Of a DNA stretch of 64,000 nt, positions 47,732-57,249 are shown in pieces. Within the stretch, counting starts at the first letter, position 1. Each line of letters starts with the position of its first letter. Location: IMG/VR virus record IMGVR_UViG_3300025401_000648; one strand, 5' to 3'. The DNA is from a virus (Duplodnaviria > Caudoviricetes). Made by a program: the position numbers and the translations under genes. The notes under the pieces were generated by a model. That model ran no database searches. It had not been told where the DNA came from and saw only the letters and a program-made list of their open reading frames with translations.

Positions 47732-48466
47732 ATGCAAGACTTACTTAAAGATATCGTGTCGCACACAAATAAACTGGGATTTCTTAACATTGTTAAGATC
47801 ACAGGCACTGATGAAGAAACATTAATCGACAGCATGGCTGAAGACCGTACTGTTGTTATGTACGCAAAAACTGCCAATCCTTATCCACAATTAATTGGTA
47901 GTTTTGGTATGCCACAACTTGAAAAATTACGCTACTTGTTAGAAGGTAAAGAATATCAAGAAGATGCCAAGATTGATTTGGTAACTGCTACCCGTAACAA
48001 TGAAACAATTCCGGTTGGACTTCACTTTGAAAACAAAGATGGCGATTTCAAAAATGATTATCGTTTCATGAACAAGGAAGTCATTGACGAAAAATTGAAA
48101 ACAGTTAAATTCAAAGGTGTCAATTGGAATGTCACAGTTAGCCCAAGTGTTAATTCAACACAACGTTTCCAATTCCAGTCAGGTGCTAATACAGAACATA
48201 CACACTTCTTGGCTAAAACAGATGGCGATAAATTGATTTTCTCATTCGGTGATGTAGCAAGTCACGCTGGTGAGTTTGTGTTTGCCACAGGCGTTACAGG
48301 TAAAATTAGCAAGTCCTGGACATATCCAGTTGTGCCTGTACTGAGCATTTTGAAAATTGCCGATGCTAACAATACAAAAATGAGTTTTAGTGATGGTGGT
48401 GCTCTACGTCTTGAATTAGACAGCGGCATTGCTACTTATGAATACATTGTTCCAGCCAAGGTATGA
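47732..48466 (+). CDS. Sliding clamp (gp45/PCNA-like)
   Basis: 244 aa next to PolB, beta-rich, ends GIATYEYIVPA; clamp loader present in window. Confidence 0.65.
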   Translation: MQDLLKDIVSHTNKLGFLNIVKITGTDEETLIDSMAEDRTVVMYAKTANPYPQLIGSFGMPQLEKLRYLLEGKEYQEDAKIDLVTATRNNETIPVGLHFENKDGDFKNDYRFMNKEVIDEKLKTVKFKGVNWNVTVSPSVNSTQRFQFQSGANTEHTHFLAKTDGDKLIFSFGDVASHAGEFVFATGVTGKISKSWTYPVVPVLSILKIADANNTKMSFSDGGALRLELDSGIATYEYIVPAKV

Positions 48467-48837
48467 TAAAGGGTATAAATCAGGGCGGGAGATATATTAG
48501 TGTTACCGGCGGAATGCCGGGCAGTAATTATATTAACAATTACTCTGGCGCACAAGGTATCGGTAACATGCGATTCAATACTTCTACACAAAATGTGGAA
48601 GTATGGGATGGCAATAATTGGATGACCTTACAAACATCTTATGCTACAGTTCAATTAGATAGTGAAGCAACAAGTCTACTAGATTGGGCTAAAGAAAAAC
48701 GTGATGAAGAATGGAAGATGCAGGAGTTGATTAAAACCAATCCTGCTGTTAAAATAGCGTATGACAATGTTTTGAAAGCACAAGAACAATTAAAGATAAC
48801 AACTATATTGAGTACAGATGAAAAAACCACCAGTTAA
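48463..48837 (+). CDS. Hypothetical protein
   Basis: 124 aa, ATGA overlap. Confidence 0.7.
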   Translation: MIKGINQGGRYISVTGGMPGSNYINNYSGAQGIGNMRFNTSTQNVEVWDGNNWMTLQTSYATVQLDSEATSLLDWAKEKRDEEWKMQELIKTNPAVKIAYDNVLKAQEQLKITTILSTDEKTTS

Positions 48838-50356
48838 TTTGACACCATTACAAATGGATTATGCTGTATATTTGCCAGCCATTAGTAGTTTTTATGGCAC
48901 ATATATTGCTAAACAGAGATTAGAAGAATTTATTCCTAAGGATCGTATACCCACTGGGTTTGATCGAGGCATTGAAGGAATGAATTTCTTAAATGAAGAA
49001 GATGGGTACTTTACTTACAAATATGGTCTTTATTCAGCAGGTCACGCAACTCTAGACCTAAATAAGACTATGACAAAAGAAAGTATGATTCAACAACGTG
49101 ATAGAAATAAAACTCTAATACTTGGCGATTCAGGCGGATTCCAAATTGGTAAGGGCGTACTTAAATTTGATTGGTTAAATTTTGAAGGTCCTTCAGCTAC
49201 CAAGGTACGTCAAAGTATTTTAGAATGGCTAGAAGTAACTGCTGATTGGAGTATGATGTTGGACGTTCCTACGTGGGCGTGTGATCATAATCATACAGCC
49301 AAGACTGGACTAAAAACATTTGAAGATTGTTTGGATAAAACAAAATACAATAACAAATATTTCCTAGACAACCGCTTAGGTCAGACCAAGTTCCTAAACG
49401 TGCTACAAGGTGGCGACTGGGATCGTGCTGAACAATGGTATAATGGTGTTAAAGAATTTAGCGATCCTAAGATATGGGGCGACAAAGCCGCTGAAGGCTG
49501 GGCCATGGGCGGTGCTAATATGAGCATGATGGATGTTACTCTTAAACGTCTAATGACAATGAGAGACGACGGCATGCTAGTGGGTAAAGACTGGATGCAC
49601 TTTTTGGGTACAGCACAATTAGATTGGGCCTGCTACTTAACTTTGATTCAACGACAAATTAGGAAACATATCAATGAAAACTTCACCATCTCTTTTGATT
49701 GCGCCTCACCGTTTATCGCAACAGCACACGGACTTGTCTACACAAACCCACAGTTCTCGCCAAAACGGTGGAGTACTATTATGGAAAAAGCCACAGACAA
49801 CAAGGCACTCGCAACAAGCAAGACTCCTTTCCCCTGGGAAAGTGAAATTGGAAGCCGCTTGACAATGGGTGATATCTGCTGGTATCAGCCAGGCATGTTA
49901 AACAAGATTGGCAAAGAAGGCAAAACATCATGGGATAGTTTTAGCTATGCTCTTATGATGGCACATAATGTTAACAGTCACATTTCCAGTGTACAACGTG
50001 CTAATCATTTAGTAGATATCGAATGTACAAGATATCAGCCAAATTGGAAGTTATGGGGAATTGAAGGTAAGAAAGAAAAAGAATACAGTGACTGGGTTCC
50101 ACGTAGGATTTTATACTTTAGCCGTTTTATCAAAGAGCTGTTTGAAACAACATCAAAACAAGAAGCATTTGATATGATTGAAGAAGGTATTGGATTTTTA
50201 CGTAGCCTAGAAGGCACACGTAGCCAAGATGGTATGGCACGTAATACATTCTTTAATTTATTTGAAGAAGAAGCTAAAGATGAAAATGATTTAGACTTGT
50301 CTAATCCCGACGATGACGAATTACGTGCTTTAGAAGAAAGTGTTGACAGTGAATAA
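48818..50356 (+). CDS. tRNA-guanine transglycosylase-like protein (DpdA-type base exchanger)
   Basis: ILGDSGGFQIG, SMMLDVP, LNVLQG, GWAMGG, MHFLG, ISFDCASP correspond to TGT/DpdA barrel motifs; QueE and QueD-like genes nearby. Confidence 0.75.
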   Translation: MKKPPVNLTPLQMDYAVYLPAISSFYGTYIAKQRLEEFIPKDRIPTGFDRGIEGMNFLNEEDGYFTYKYGLYSAGHATLDLNKTMTKESMIQQRDRNKTLILGDSGGFQIGKGVLKFDWLNFEGPSATKVRQSILEWLEVTADWSMMLDVPTWACDHNHTAKTGLKTFEDCLDKTKYNNKYFLDNRLGQTKFLNVLQGGDWDRAEQWYNGVKEFSDPKIWGDKAAEGWAMGGANMSMMDVTLKRLMTMRDDGMLVGKDWMHFLGTAQLDWACYLTLIQRQIRKHINENFTISFDCASPFIATAHGLVYTNPQFSPKRWSTIMEKATDNKALATSKTPFPWESEIGSRLTMGDICWYQPGMLNKIGKEGKTSWDSFSYALMMAHNVNSHISSVQRANHLVDIECTRYQPNWKLWGIEGKKEKEYSDWVPRRILYFSRFIKELFETTSKQEAFDMIEEGIGFLRSLEGTRSQDGMARNTFFNLFEEEAKDENDLDLSNPDDDELRALEESVDSE

Positions 50357-50825
50357 ATTTACAGATTTTCCAGAACAACCTAGAGTAATGCGTGACGCAG
50401 AGGGCGAAGCATATTTTAGTATTATGCTGGCCCAAATTGCAGATTTCAATCCTAACGAAATCATTGCTGTGGCACGTAGCGGATTTAGTTATGCTATGTG
50501 GGTAGCGCAAATGCTTAAATTACCATTAGGTGCTTATTGGGCAGAGCGAGGTGAACTGGTCACCGGCAGTGATCCAGAACGTATTGTATTTGTAGATGAC
50601 AATATTGTATCTGGTAGTACATATAAAGATACAAAACTTTTTATGGAACGGTATTATCCCAATACTGAATGGCGTTGGGCTGTATTATTTACTGACTGGC
50701 ATACTCCGAAAGAAATATGCGATGAAGTCATTCAAGGTGTAAAACTTCCTTACTTTGCTGAAGAGCCAATGTGGGGTAGCAAAAAAATTAGTCAAGATTA
50801 TGGCATAAGGTACAGAGATGAATAA
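50340..50825 (+). CDS. Type I phosphoribosyltransferase-like protein
   Basis: IIAVARSG and IVFVDDNIVSGST PRPP-binding loop; start may be GTG 50349. Confidence 0.75.
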   Translation: MLTVNKFTDFPEQPRVMRDAEGEAYFSIMLAQIADFNPNEIIAVARSGFSYAMWVAQMLKLPLGAYWAERGELVTGSDPERIVFVDDNIVSGSTYKDTKLFMERYYPNTEWRWAVLFTDWHTPKEICDEVIQGVKLPYFAEEPMWGSKKISQDYGIRYRDE

Positions 50826-51234
50826 TATTAGAATCGCATTTGATATGGACGGGGTATTACTACCCGATTTTCATAAAATTCCTCAGTTAAATGATGATGA
50901 ATTTTTCGAGCATACATTATATGCTAGGCCCATGTTTTCGCCAGTTGGTGTTTTTGATGTGGTCACTGCCCGTACAGAAGATCGTCGGCCAGTTACACTA
51001 GAATGGCTCAAACAGTTATCCACTCCGCCACAAAATTTGTTTATGAAGCCTGTGAATAGTGATGAAACTCCAGCTGAATACAAATATCGTAAGTGTATTG
51101 AAGAAGGTTATAAAATTTTTGTAGAAAGCGAACCCAGTATTGTTTTAGAAATGCGTGAAATGGCATTGATTGATAACACAGACTTAATGGTTATTCATTT
51201 TTCTGGTTTCGTTTCAAGAGGATTTGAATTGTGA
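50818..51234 (+). CDS. HAD-superfamily phosphatase
   Basis: IAFDMDGVL (DxDG), VVTAR, KYRK, FVES. Confidence 0.75.
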   Translation: MNNIRIAFDMDGVLLPDFHKIPQLNDDEFFEHTLYARPMFSPVGVFDVVTARTEDRRPVTLEWLKQLSTPPQNLFMKPVNSDETPAEYKYRKCIEEGYKIFVESEPSIVLEMREMALIDNTDLMVIHFSGFVSRGFEL

Positions 51235-52112
51235 AAAGTCTAATCGTAGGTATGGGGATTGGCAATCTCTACAAAGCAGTATTAACTAATTTAGGACACG
51301 AAGTTGTTACTGTGGATATCAATCCATCAGCAAATGCTGACTATCCCACAATTGGAGACGCTTGCCTTAAGCACAAACATTTTGATACCGCACACATTTG
51401 TACTCCAAATTATCTACATAATATTCATGCTAGGTCTGCGGCCAATTGTGCTAAAATTATATTTGTGGAAAAACCAGGTGTTGCTAATGCCAAAGATTGG
51501 TTGGAGTTAGTCAGCTATTTTCCTAAAACAAGATTCATGATGGTTAAAAATAACCAATGGCGAGATAATATTGAACGTATGCGTGAATTGATGATTGACT
51601 CAGATTCAATATCAATTGATTGGTTAAATCAAGATCGTGTGCCCAATCCTGGAACATGGTTTACCACAAAACACTTGGCATATGGCGGAGTTAGTAGAGA
51701 TTTAATGCCTCACTTGTTGAGCTTGTTTATGGCTTTAGACCCAGAATACATGACATCACGTGAATTAGAAAGATCGATTGACCGTAAATGGAAATTGTGT
51801 GATCTCACAAAGACAGATTATGGCAGAGTTAACGAACATGGCACATATGATGTCGATGACTACTTTAAATTAAATTTCATGTGTAATGATCGAGCTTGGA
51901 GTTTGACCGCAGACTGGCGTACTCTAAAAGAAGATCGTAGAGCTATTACATTTAATTTAAAAGATGGCGGTGCTGAAGTTATTGAATTAGGATTATGTCC
52001 AGAAGAAGCATACCAAGTCATGATCAAAGATGCTATTGATAATTTAGAAAATAATTTATTTTGGAATAACCAATTACTACAGGATTACTGGATTCACAGT
52101 AAGATAGAATGA
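51231..52112 (+). CDS. Gfo/Idh/MocA-family oxidoreductase
   Basis: IVGMGIG, ICTPNYLH, IFVEKPG, GGVSRDLMPH. Confidence 0.82.
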   Translation: MKSLIVGMGIGNLYKAVLTNLGHEVVTVDINPSANADYPTIGDACLKHKHFDTAHICTPNYLHNIHARSAANCAKIIFVEKPGVANAKDWLELVSYFPKTRFMMVKNNQWRDNIERMRELMIDSDSISIDWLNQDRVPNPGTWFTTKHLAYGGVSRDLMPHLLSLFMALDPEYMTSRELERSIDRKWKLCDLTKTDYGRVNEHGTYDVDDYFKLNFMCNDRAWSLTADWRTLKEDRRAITFNLKDGGAEVIELGLCPEEAYQVMIKDAIDNLENNLFWNNQLLQDYWIHSKIE

Positions 52113-53002
52113 ACGTAAGACTACTACATACTACCGGAAACGGAATATTTGAAGAAACCATTTGGGAAAAGCCTGAACCTTCTGATAACGAAATTGAAGT
52201 ACGTGCTGTTATGACAGGTGTTTGCCGAAGCGACATCGACATGATGATGGGCAATTTTGGGCCACTACCATTACACATGCAGGGGCATGAAGGATTGGGC
52301 ATAGTAACCAAAGTTGGTAGTGATATCACTGATATTGCCATTGGAAATTTTGTTGCTACACGCGGTGAACCCGCTTATGCAGATTTTTATAATGTACGCA
52401 ACACTGAATACACATGGGTTCCTGAACTACACCCTCGCTATATTATTGAGCCAGTAGCCTGCGGTATCAATATTATAGATCAAGCATGGCAACAAATTAG
52501 AGAAAGATCTAATGGAAAAATACTAATCATAGGCAGTGGATTCCTTGCCTGGGTGGCGTTTAATAGATTAAAATCACAACGATCAAATGCCAGTGTTGAT
52601 GTATTAGGATCAAGTAATTTAGAATTATGGGGAGATCAACTGCTGTTAGGAACCAGTGAAAGTTATGATGTGGTCATTGACCTAACTGGAAAATATGCGT
52701 TAGGCTTAGACATTAAACTAAACAACAACGCAATAATTATAGACGGCGTTGGCAAAGCAATTAGTAGAGAGGAAGCACAGCAACAACTTTGGAAAGCCTG
52801 TACTACAATTCGTCCAAGTCCTCGAAATCCAAAATTTCATCAATGTATGAAAGAAGCAGTTTGGATGATTGAAAATTATCATTTAGCTATTGACAATTTC
52901 TGGACTAAAGCGTATAATAGAGATACAGAATGGCAACAAGCGTTTGCGGATGGTAAGGATCGTCCAAACGGTTATAGCCGAGGTTACATTGTATGGGATT
53001 GA
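52109..53002 (+). CDS. Zn-dependent medium-chain (sugar/alcohol) dehydrogenase
   Basis: GVCRSD, GHEGLG, EPVAC, IIGSGFLA. Confidence 0.82.
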   Translation: MNVRLLHTTGNGIFEETIWEKPEPSDNEIEVRAVMTGVCRSDIDMMMGNFGPLPLHMQGHEGLGIVTKVGSDITDIAIGNFVATRGEPAYADFYNVRNTEYTWVPELHPRYIIEPVACGINIIDQAWQQIRERSNGKILIIGSGFLAWVAFNRLKSQRSNASVDVLGSSNLELWGDQLLLGTSESYDVVIDLTGKYALGLDIKLNNNAIIIDGVGKAISREEAQQQLWKACTTIRPSPRNPKFHQCMKEAVWMIENYHLAIDNFWTKAYNRDTEWQQAFADGKDRPNGYSRGYIVWD

Positions 53003-53532
53003 ATACTGAAGAACGACAAGGAGTCGTTTACTTTACAGGTTATGAAGTAGAACATACTATTTGTCATGGTATGTATACATTGTTTGTTGTAGGCACACCT
53101 CCTGTAGAAGATATCCTACGTATTGCCAACGACTCACAAGCAATGTTAGACGAGTCTAAACGTATCAAACATATCTACTTTGGTACTAGCCAAAGTTTTA
53201 ATCCTCAAGGTATTACATTTCAAGAATACCGGGCATGGGACGATGTCATTCTTCCATGTTTAAAAGCAGACTACTGGGTGACATTAGACTTTGATGTCAA
53301 ACACGCCGAAGGAGTGCTCGAATCTGGATATTCTGAATATCCTAGATTTGTTCCGATGATTAGTGTTAAGCTACCTTACATTAATCAATTTAACTATAAC
53401 GCCACACTTAAACTGGACGACCTCACATGGGGTAAGACTAATCCGGGTGTGTGGACTCATCAACTACATGATCTAATGAGTAAAGACAAATATACTTACT
53501 GGGATCAATATACACAGGACACAGAACTATGA
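52993..53532 (+). CDS. Hypothetical protein in DNA-modification cluster
   Basis: 179 aa, tightly coupled to neighbours. Confidence 0.7.
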   Translation: MGLNTEERQGVVYFTGYEVEHTICHGMYTLFVVGTPPVEDILRIANDSQAMLDESKRIKHIYFGTSQSFNPQGITFQEYRAWDDVILPCLKADYWVTLDFDVKHAEGVLESGYSEYPRFVPMISVKLPYINQFNYNATLKLDDLTWGKTNPGVWTHQLHDLMSKDKYTYWDQYTQDTEL

Positions 53533-53894
53533 CAACAAATACATATATCAAAATTCGCACAGAATTTGAAGGTTTTCATTTTTACCCCGACGCAGGTAAA
53601 ATTGATCCACGCATTGAATTTTTAGAACACGAACATCGCCATATGTTCAAGGTCGAAGTTAAAATCTCTGTCACGCATTTGGATCGTGAACTAGAGTTCT
53701 TCCTTGTCAAATGGGCACTACAAGATTTTATCCGAGCAGGCGACCAAAATCATAAGTCCTGCGAAATGATAGCAACAGATATTTTGCAGGACCATTTAAT
53801 TCCTCTTTACGGACCAAATCGATCTTATGAGATCGTAGTATCCGAAGATGGGGAATCAGATGGTATTGTGGAATATACTCCGTCTTTTCATTAA
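53529..53894 (+). CDS. QueD/PTPS-like T-fold protein
   Basis: FEGFH, HEHRH (like HGH), SCEMIA (like TAENIA), VSEDGES (like V.ET) spaced as in QueD. Confidence 0.55.
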   Translation: MTTNTYIKIRTEFEGFHFYPDAGKIDPRIEFLEHEHRHMFKVEVKISVTHLDRELEFFLVKWALQDFIRAGDQNHKSCEMIATDILQDHLIPLYGPNRSYEIVVSEDGESDGIVEYTPSFH

Positions 53895-53920
53895 CTCCTA
53901 TTTTAACAGGAAAATTTAAA

Positions 53921-54184
53921 ATGGCATTGCCAAACTATATTACAAAAACTCTTCAACTGAAGCCCGAAGTCAACAAGATCTTTAATGATCTAGATCGTTG
54001 GTTGGATCACTGTAGGATTAACCTACTGCCCTATAACCCTGCGGACTTGTATCGTAGTCCAGAGTATAGGAAGTTCCAACAGGAGCAAGAGTACTTAGAA
54101 CGTAAAGCACGTCGTGAACGTGAAGGACGTCCAGAGCCAGTTAAACAACGCGAATTCCGCGGCAACTTCAAGCCACGGTATTGA
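53921..54184 (+). CDS. Hypothetical protein
   Basis: 87 aa, SD CAGGA. Confidence 0.7.
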   Translation: MALPNYITKTLQLKPEVNKIFNDLDRWLDHCRINLLPYNPADLYRSPEYRKFQQEQEYLERKARREREGRPEPVKQREFRGNFKPRY

Positions 54185-54185
54185 T

Positions 54186-55253
54186 ATGGCAAATATCTTT
54201 CTAATCGATTTAGAAAGTGTAGAAACTAGGTACACGGGGCAATGGAAGTCCCATGTACCTAATATCTTACGAAAGGCAGGACACGATGTTAGAGTTATTT
54301 CCGGACCTGGAGATATTCCTCCAGCAACTACGCCAGGAGCTTTTCTTAACTTTGGTGGCACCAATATATACAAGGCTAATCAAGTTGAACAGATTAGTCG
54401 TTTGTTTTGCTCCGGAGCAGTCAAGCCTGGCGATCATTTTTTGTTCACAGATGCTTGGCATCCCGGAATCATAAATTTAAAATACATGAGTGAACTACTG
54501 GGAATCCCAGTAACTACACACGGCTTATGGCATGCTGGCAGTTATGATCCTCAAGATTTTCTTGGACGTCTTGTAGGAGATAAGCCATGGGTAAGACATG
54601 CTGAGAAAAGTTTTTATGAAGCATTTGATCATAACTACTTTGCCACACAGTTCCATATTGATATGTTCTGTGAAAATTTGTTAGATCGTAAATCTGATAT
54701 CACCATCTATTTTGCCAAAGATAAAATTGTTCGCACAGGTTGGCCCATGGAGTATATGGATGAATTATTGGGCGGAGGAGGCCCGTATGCCAAAGACAAC
54801 CTAATTGTATTCCCGCACCGTATTGCTCCAGAGAAGCAGGTAGAAATTTTTAGAGATTTGGCTAATCATTTACCAGAATATGAATTTGTTGTTTGCCAGG
54901 ATCAATCACTGACTAAGAATGAATACCATACCTTGTTGAAACGTGCTAAGATTGTGTTCAGTGCTAACCTACAGGAAACACTAGGTATCAGTTGCTACGA
55001 AGGTGCTATGGTAGATACTATTCCCATGGTGCCTGATAGATTAAGCTACACAGAAATGTATTATGATACTTTCAAATATCCAAGCAAATGGACTGAAAGT
55101 TTTGAAGCATATCAATCATATCGTCCGCAACTTTGCTATAAATTGGTCAATTACTTAAAAAATTACGAAAAGTTTTTACCACAACTACACAAACAAACTC
55201 AAGACTTAACAGAAAGATTTTTCTCATGTCAAAACTTGCTGACAAAATTTTAA
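54186..55253 (+). CDS. GT-B fold glycosyltransferase
   Basis: FPHRIAPEKQ and QETLGISCYEG (ExxGxxxxE) C-domain motifs; start moved to ATG 54186. Confidence 0.75.
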   Translation: MANIFLIDLESVETRYTGQWKSHVPNILRKAGHDVRVISGPGDIPPATTPGAFLNFGGTNIYKANQVEQISRLFCSGAVKPGDHFLFTDAWHPGIINLKYMSELLGIPVTTHGLWHAGSYDPQDFLGRLVGDKPWVRHAEKSFYEAFDHNYFATQFHIDMFCENLLDRKSDITIYFAKDKIVRTGWPMEYMDELLGGGGPYAKDNLIVFPHRIAPEKQVEIFRDLANHLPEYEFVVCQDQSLTKNEYHTLLKRAKIVFSANLQETLGISCYEGAMVDTIPMVPDRLSYTEMYYDTFKYPSKWTESFEAYQSYRPQLCYKLVNYLKNYEKFLPQLHKQTQDLTERFFSCQNLLTKF

Positions 55254-55705
55254 ATTTGCTCGACCAAATGGGTCGTAAACGTGTTGTACTAGATCGAGAA
55301 GGAAATGAACCTTATCTTATACGCTATTATGTCTTTCTCAAAGACCGAAAGTTATTTCCATTTAATGTGTTTTTACACAAGTTTCTTAAGTCAGACCCCG
55401 ATGATGTGCATGATCATCCTTGGCCTTACGCTACACTAATTTTACGAGGTGGATATTACGAATGGATTCCAAAATTTAATGACAAAAAAGAAATGATTGG
55501 TGAAATTCGTAAATGGAGAGGCCCTGGTCATTTTCGTATATCTCGACCATCAAGCTATCATCGTATTGAATTACAAGAAGGAGTTACTCCTTGGACTCTG
55601 TTTATGCCTGGACCACAACAGCGTGAATGGGGATTTTTAGTTAATAATCAGTGGATACATAATGAACAATATTTGAAGGAAAGAAATGAACAAGCTCATA
55701 CTTAA
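55226..55705 (+). CDS. Cupin-like protein
   Basis: HDHPW..TLILRGGYYE...YHRIEL metal-binding double-stranded beta-helix pattern. Confidence 0.55.
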   Translation: MSKLADKILNLLDQMGRKRVVLDREGNEPYLIRYYVFLKDRKLFPFNVFLHKFLKSDPDDVHDHPWPYATLILRGGYYEWIPKFNDKKEMIGEIRKWRGPGHFRISRPSSYHRIELQEGVTPWTLFMPGPQQREWGFLVNNQWIHNEQYLKERNEQAHT

Positions 55706-56186
55706 TGATCAGGAGTACAAAGGCCTTGTTGGCAAAATATGTCGGGATATCGCCGTTAGCGGTTGGCGCCCGGATTATATTGTAGGCATCGGTCGTGGTG
55801 GGTTGTTGCCTGCTGTCATGATCAGTCAATATTTTGGTATCAAAATGTGTAGTTTAGATATCAGTCTGCGTGATGGTGGCGATACTGTTAGTAATTTTAG
55901 TATGAGTGAAGATGCGTTTAGCGGCAAAAAAATTCTAATCGTCGACGACATCAACGATACAGGAGCTACAATTAACTGGCTAATGAATGACTGGCGTAGC
56001 TCATGCCAACCCGAGCATCAGGTATGGGACGAAGGTGTGTGGAATGACAATGTTAAATTTGCTGTGGTTGTGGATAACTGGAGTAGCGCATGTCAAGTCA
56101 CTATGGATTTCACAGGGATGGAAGTAAACAAATCAGAACAAGACGTATGGATTGAATTTCCTTACGAGGAATGGTGGACCAAATGA
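55686..56186 (+). CDS. Purine phosphoribosyltransferase-like (Gpt-like)
   Basis: PDYIVGIGRGGLLPA, ILIVDDINDTGAT, WIEFPYE. Confidence 0.85.
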   Translation: MNKLILNDQEYKGLVGKICRDIAVSGWRPDYIVGIGRGGLLPAVMISQYFGIKMCSLDISLRDGGDTVSNFSMSEDAFSGKKILIVDDINDTGATINWLMNDWRSSCQPEHQVWDEGVWNDNVKFAVVVDNWSSACQVTMDFTGMEVNKSEQDVWIEFPYEEWWTK

Positions 56187-56593
56187 AAAAGACTGTACAG
56201 GATAAAATCTTTGATGGGCCGGATCATATCGATTGGGCTGATACCCCATGGACTGACTTAGAACGTGATGATTTTCATGTGGCTATCTACAGAGACAAAT
56301 ACCCCTGTACACCCGGACATTTATTGTTTGTGCCTAAATACAATACCATAGGAGTACTAAATGATGCGTTTGAAGATGCTGTTAGATACGGCAAAAAAAT
56401 GGTGGAAACCGGAGAATGGGACGGTTACAATATTGGACTTAATATGGGCCAGGCTGCTGGACAAACTATCAACTGGCCTCATGTCCATCTTATACCACGT
56501 AGGCGAGGTGACGTCGACGATCCGACGGGCGGCGTCAGAAATACAATACCAGGCAAAGGCAATTATAAATCGCCGGACTTTAGAGCAGATTAA
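56183..56593 (+). CDS. HIT-family nucleotide hydrolase
   Basis: DKYPCTPGHLLFVPK, YNIGLNMGQAAGQTINWPHVHLIPR. Confidence 0.9.
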   Translation: MKKTVQDKIFDGPDHIDWADTPWTDLERDDFHVAIYRDKYPCTPGHLLFVPKYNTIGVLNDAFEDAVRYGKKMVETGEWDGYNIGLNMGQAAGQTINWPHVHLIPRRRGDVDDPTGGVRNTIPGKGNYKSPDFRAD

Positions 56594-56636
56594 TCCTATT
56601 GAGTATGAATGGAGCTCTAATAACCATACAGGATTT

Positions 56637-57029
56637 ATGGCGCAAACTATTGGACCAGCCTATGGATATTATAATACAGCAGTTGGTAGTCAAGCAGGTC
56701 ATAGTTATCAACCTAATAATGTACAGTTTAATTCCAGTGGGCCTAAGACTGTGTTAACCATTACCGGAGACGGTGATGTTATTTGGACAGGAAAACCCAG
56801 TGAGGCCGCAGACATTCTAGTACGTAGTTTTCAAATGTCTGTAGAAGATGCCAAGGGTGTTACTAAAGCCGCTCGTCGCAGATATTATGCTCTAGCCTGT
56901 CGCAATATTTTGAGCAAAGCAGAAGATATGGAATATGAAGAGTTCCTTGCTTTCCTAAATAGAGAAGTGTATAATAGAGAACGTAAGGTCATTTTAGATT
57001 CATTAAAAGGAGAAGACAATGCTACATGA
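56637..57029 (+). CDS. Hypothetical protein
   Basis: ORF track 56361; 5' part shadows the HIT gene, so start moved to ATG 56637. Confidence 0.6.
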   Translation: MAQTIGPAYGYYNTAVGSQAGHSYQPNNVQFNSSGPKTVLTITGDGDVIWTGKPSEAADILVRSFQMSVEDAKGVTKAARRRYYALACRNILSKAEDMEYEEFLAFLNREVYNRERKVILDSLKGEDNAT

Positions 57030-57249
57030 TTCAATTAAAAATACATATAAAGAAATGGTCATTAAAGAAGATTCAGGATTTCGACTGGTGTTGAAGAAAC
57101 ATGAAGTGTTGAGTCCTAAAGGTCTTTTTAGTGTTAATTTAGAACAACAAAATTTACGAGATGGTGAAATCTCAGATGTTTCAACATATAACTTCTTTAT
57201 GACCAAAGAAGAAATTCAAGCACTAGCACATGGATTAACACATGAGTAA
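57019..57249 (+). CDS. Hypothetical protein
   Basis: 76 aa, SD AAGGAG. Confidence 0.7.
   Translation: MLHDSIKNTYKEMVIKEDSGFRLVLKKHEVLSPKGLFSVNLEQQNLRDGEISDVSTYNFFMTKEEIQALAHGLTHE

Noticed and set aside
56361-56636. 5' extension of the 222-aa ORF in the track
   Set aside because: Overlaps the well-supported HIT gene in another frame; ATG 56637 is a better start.
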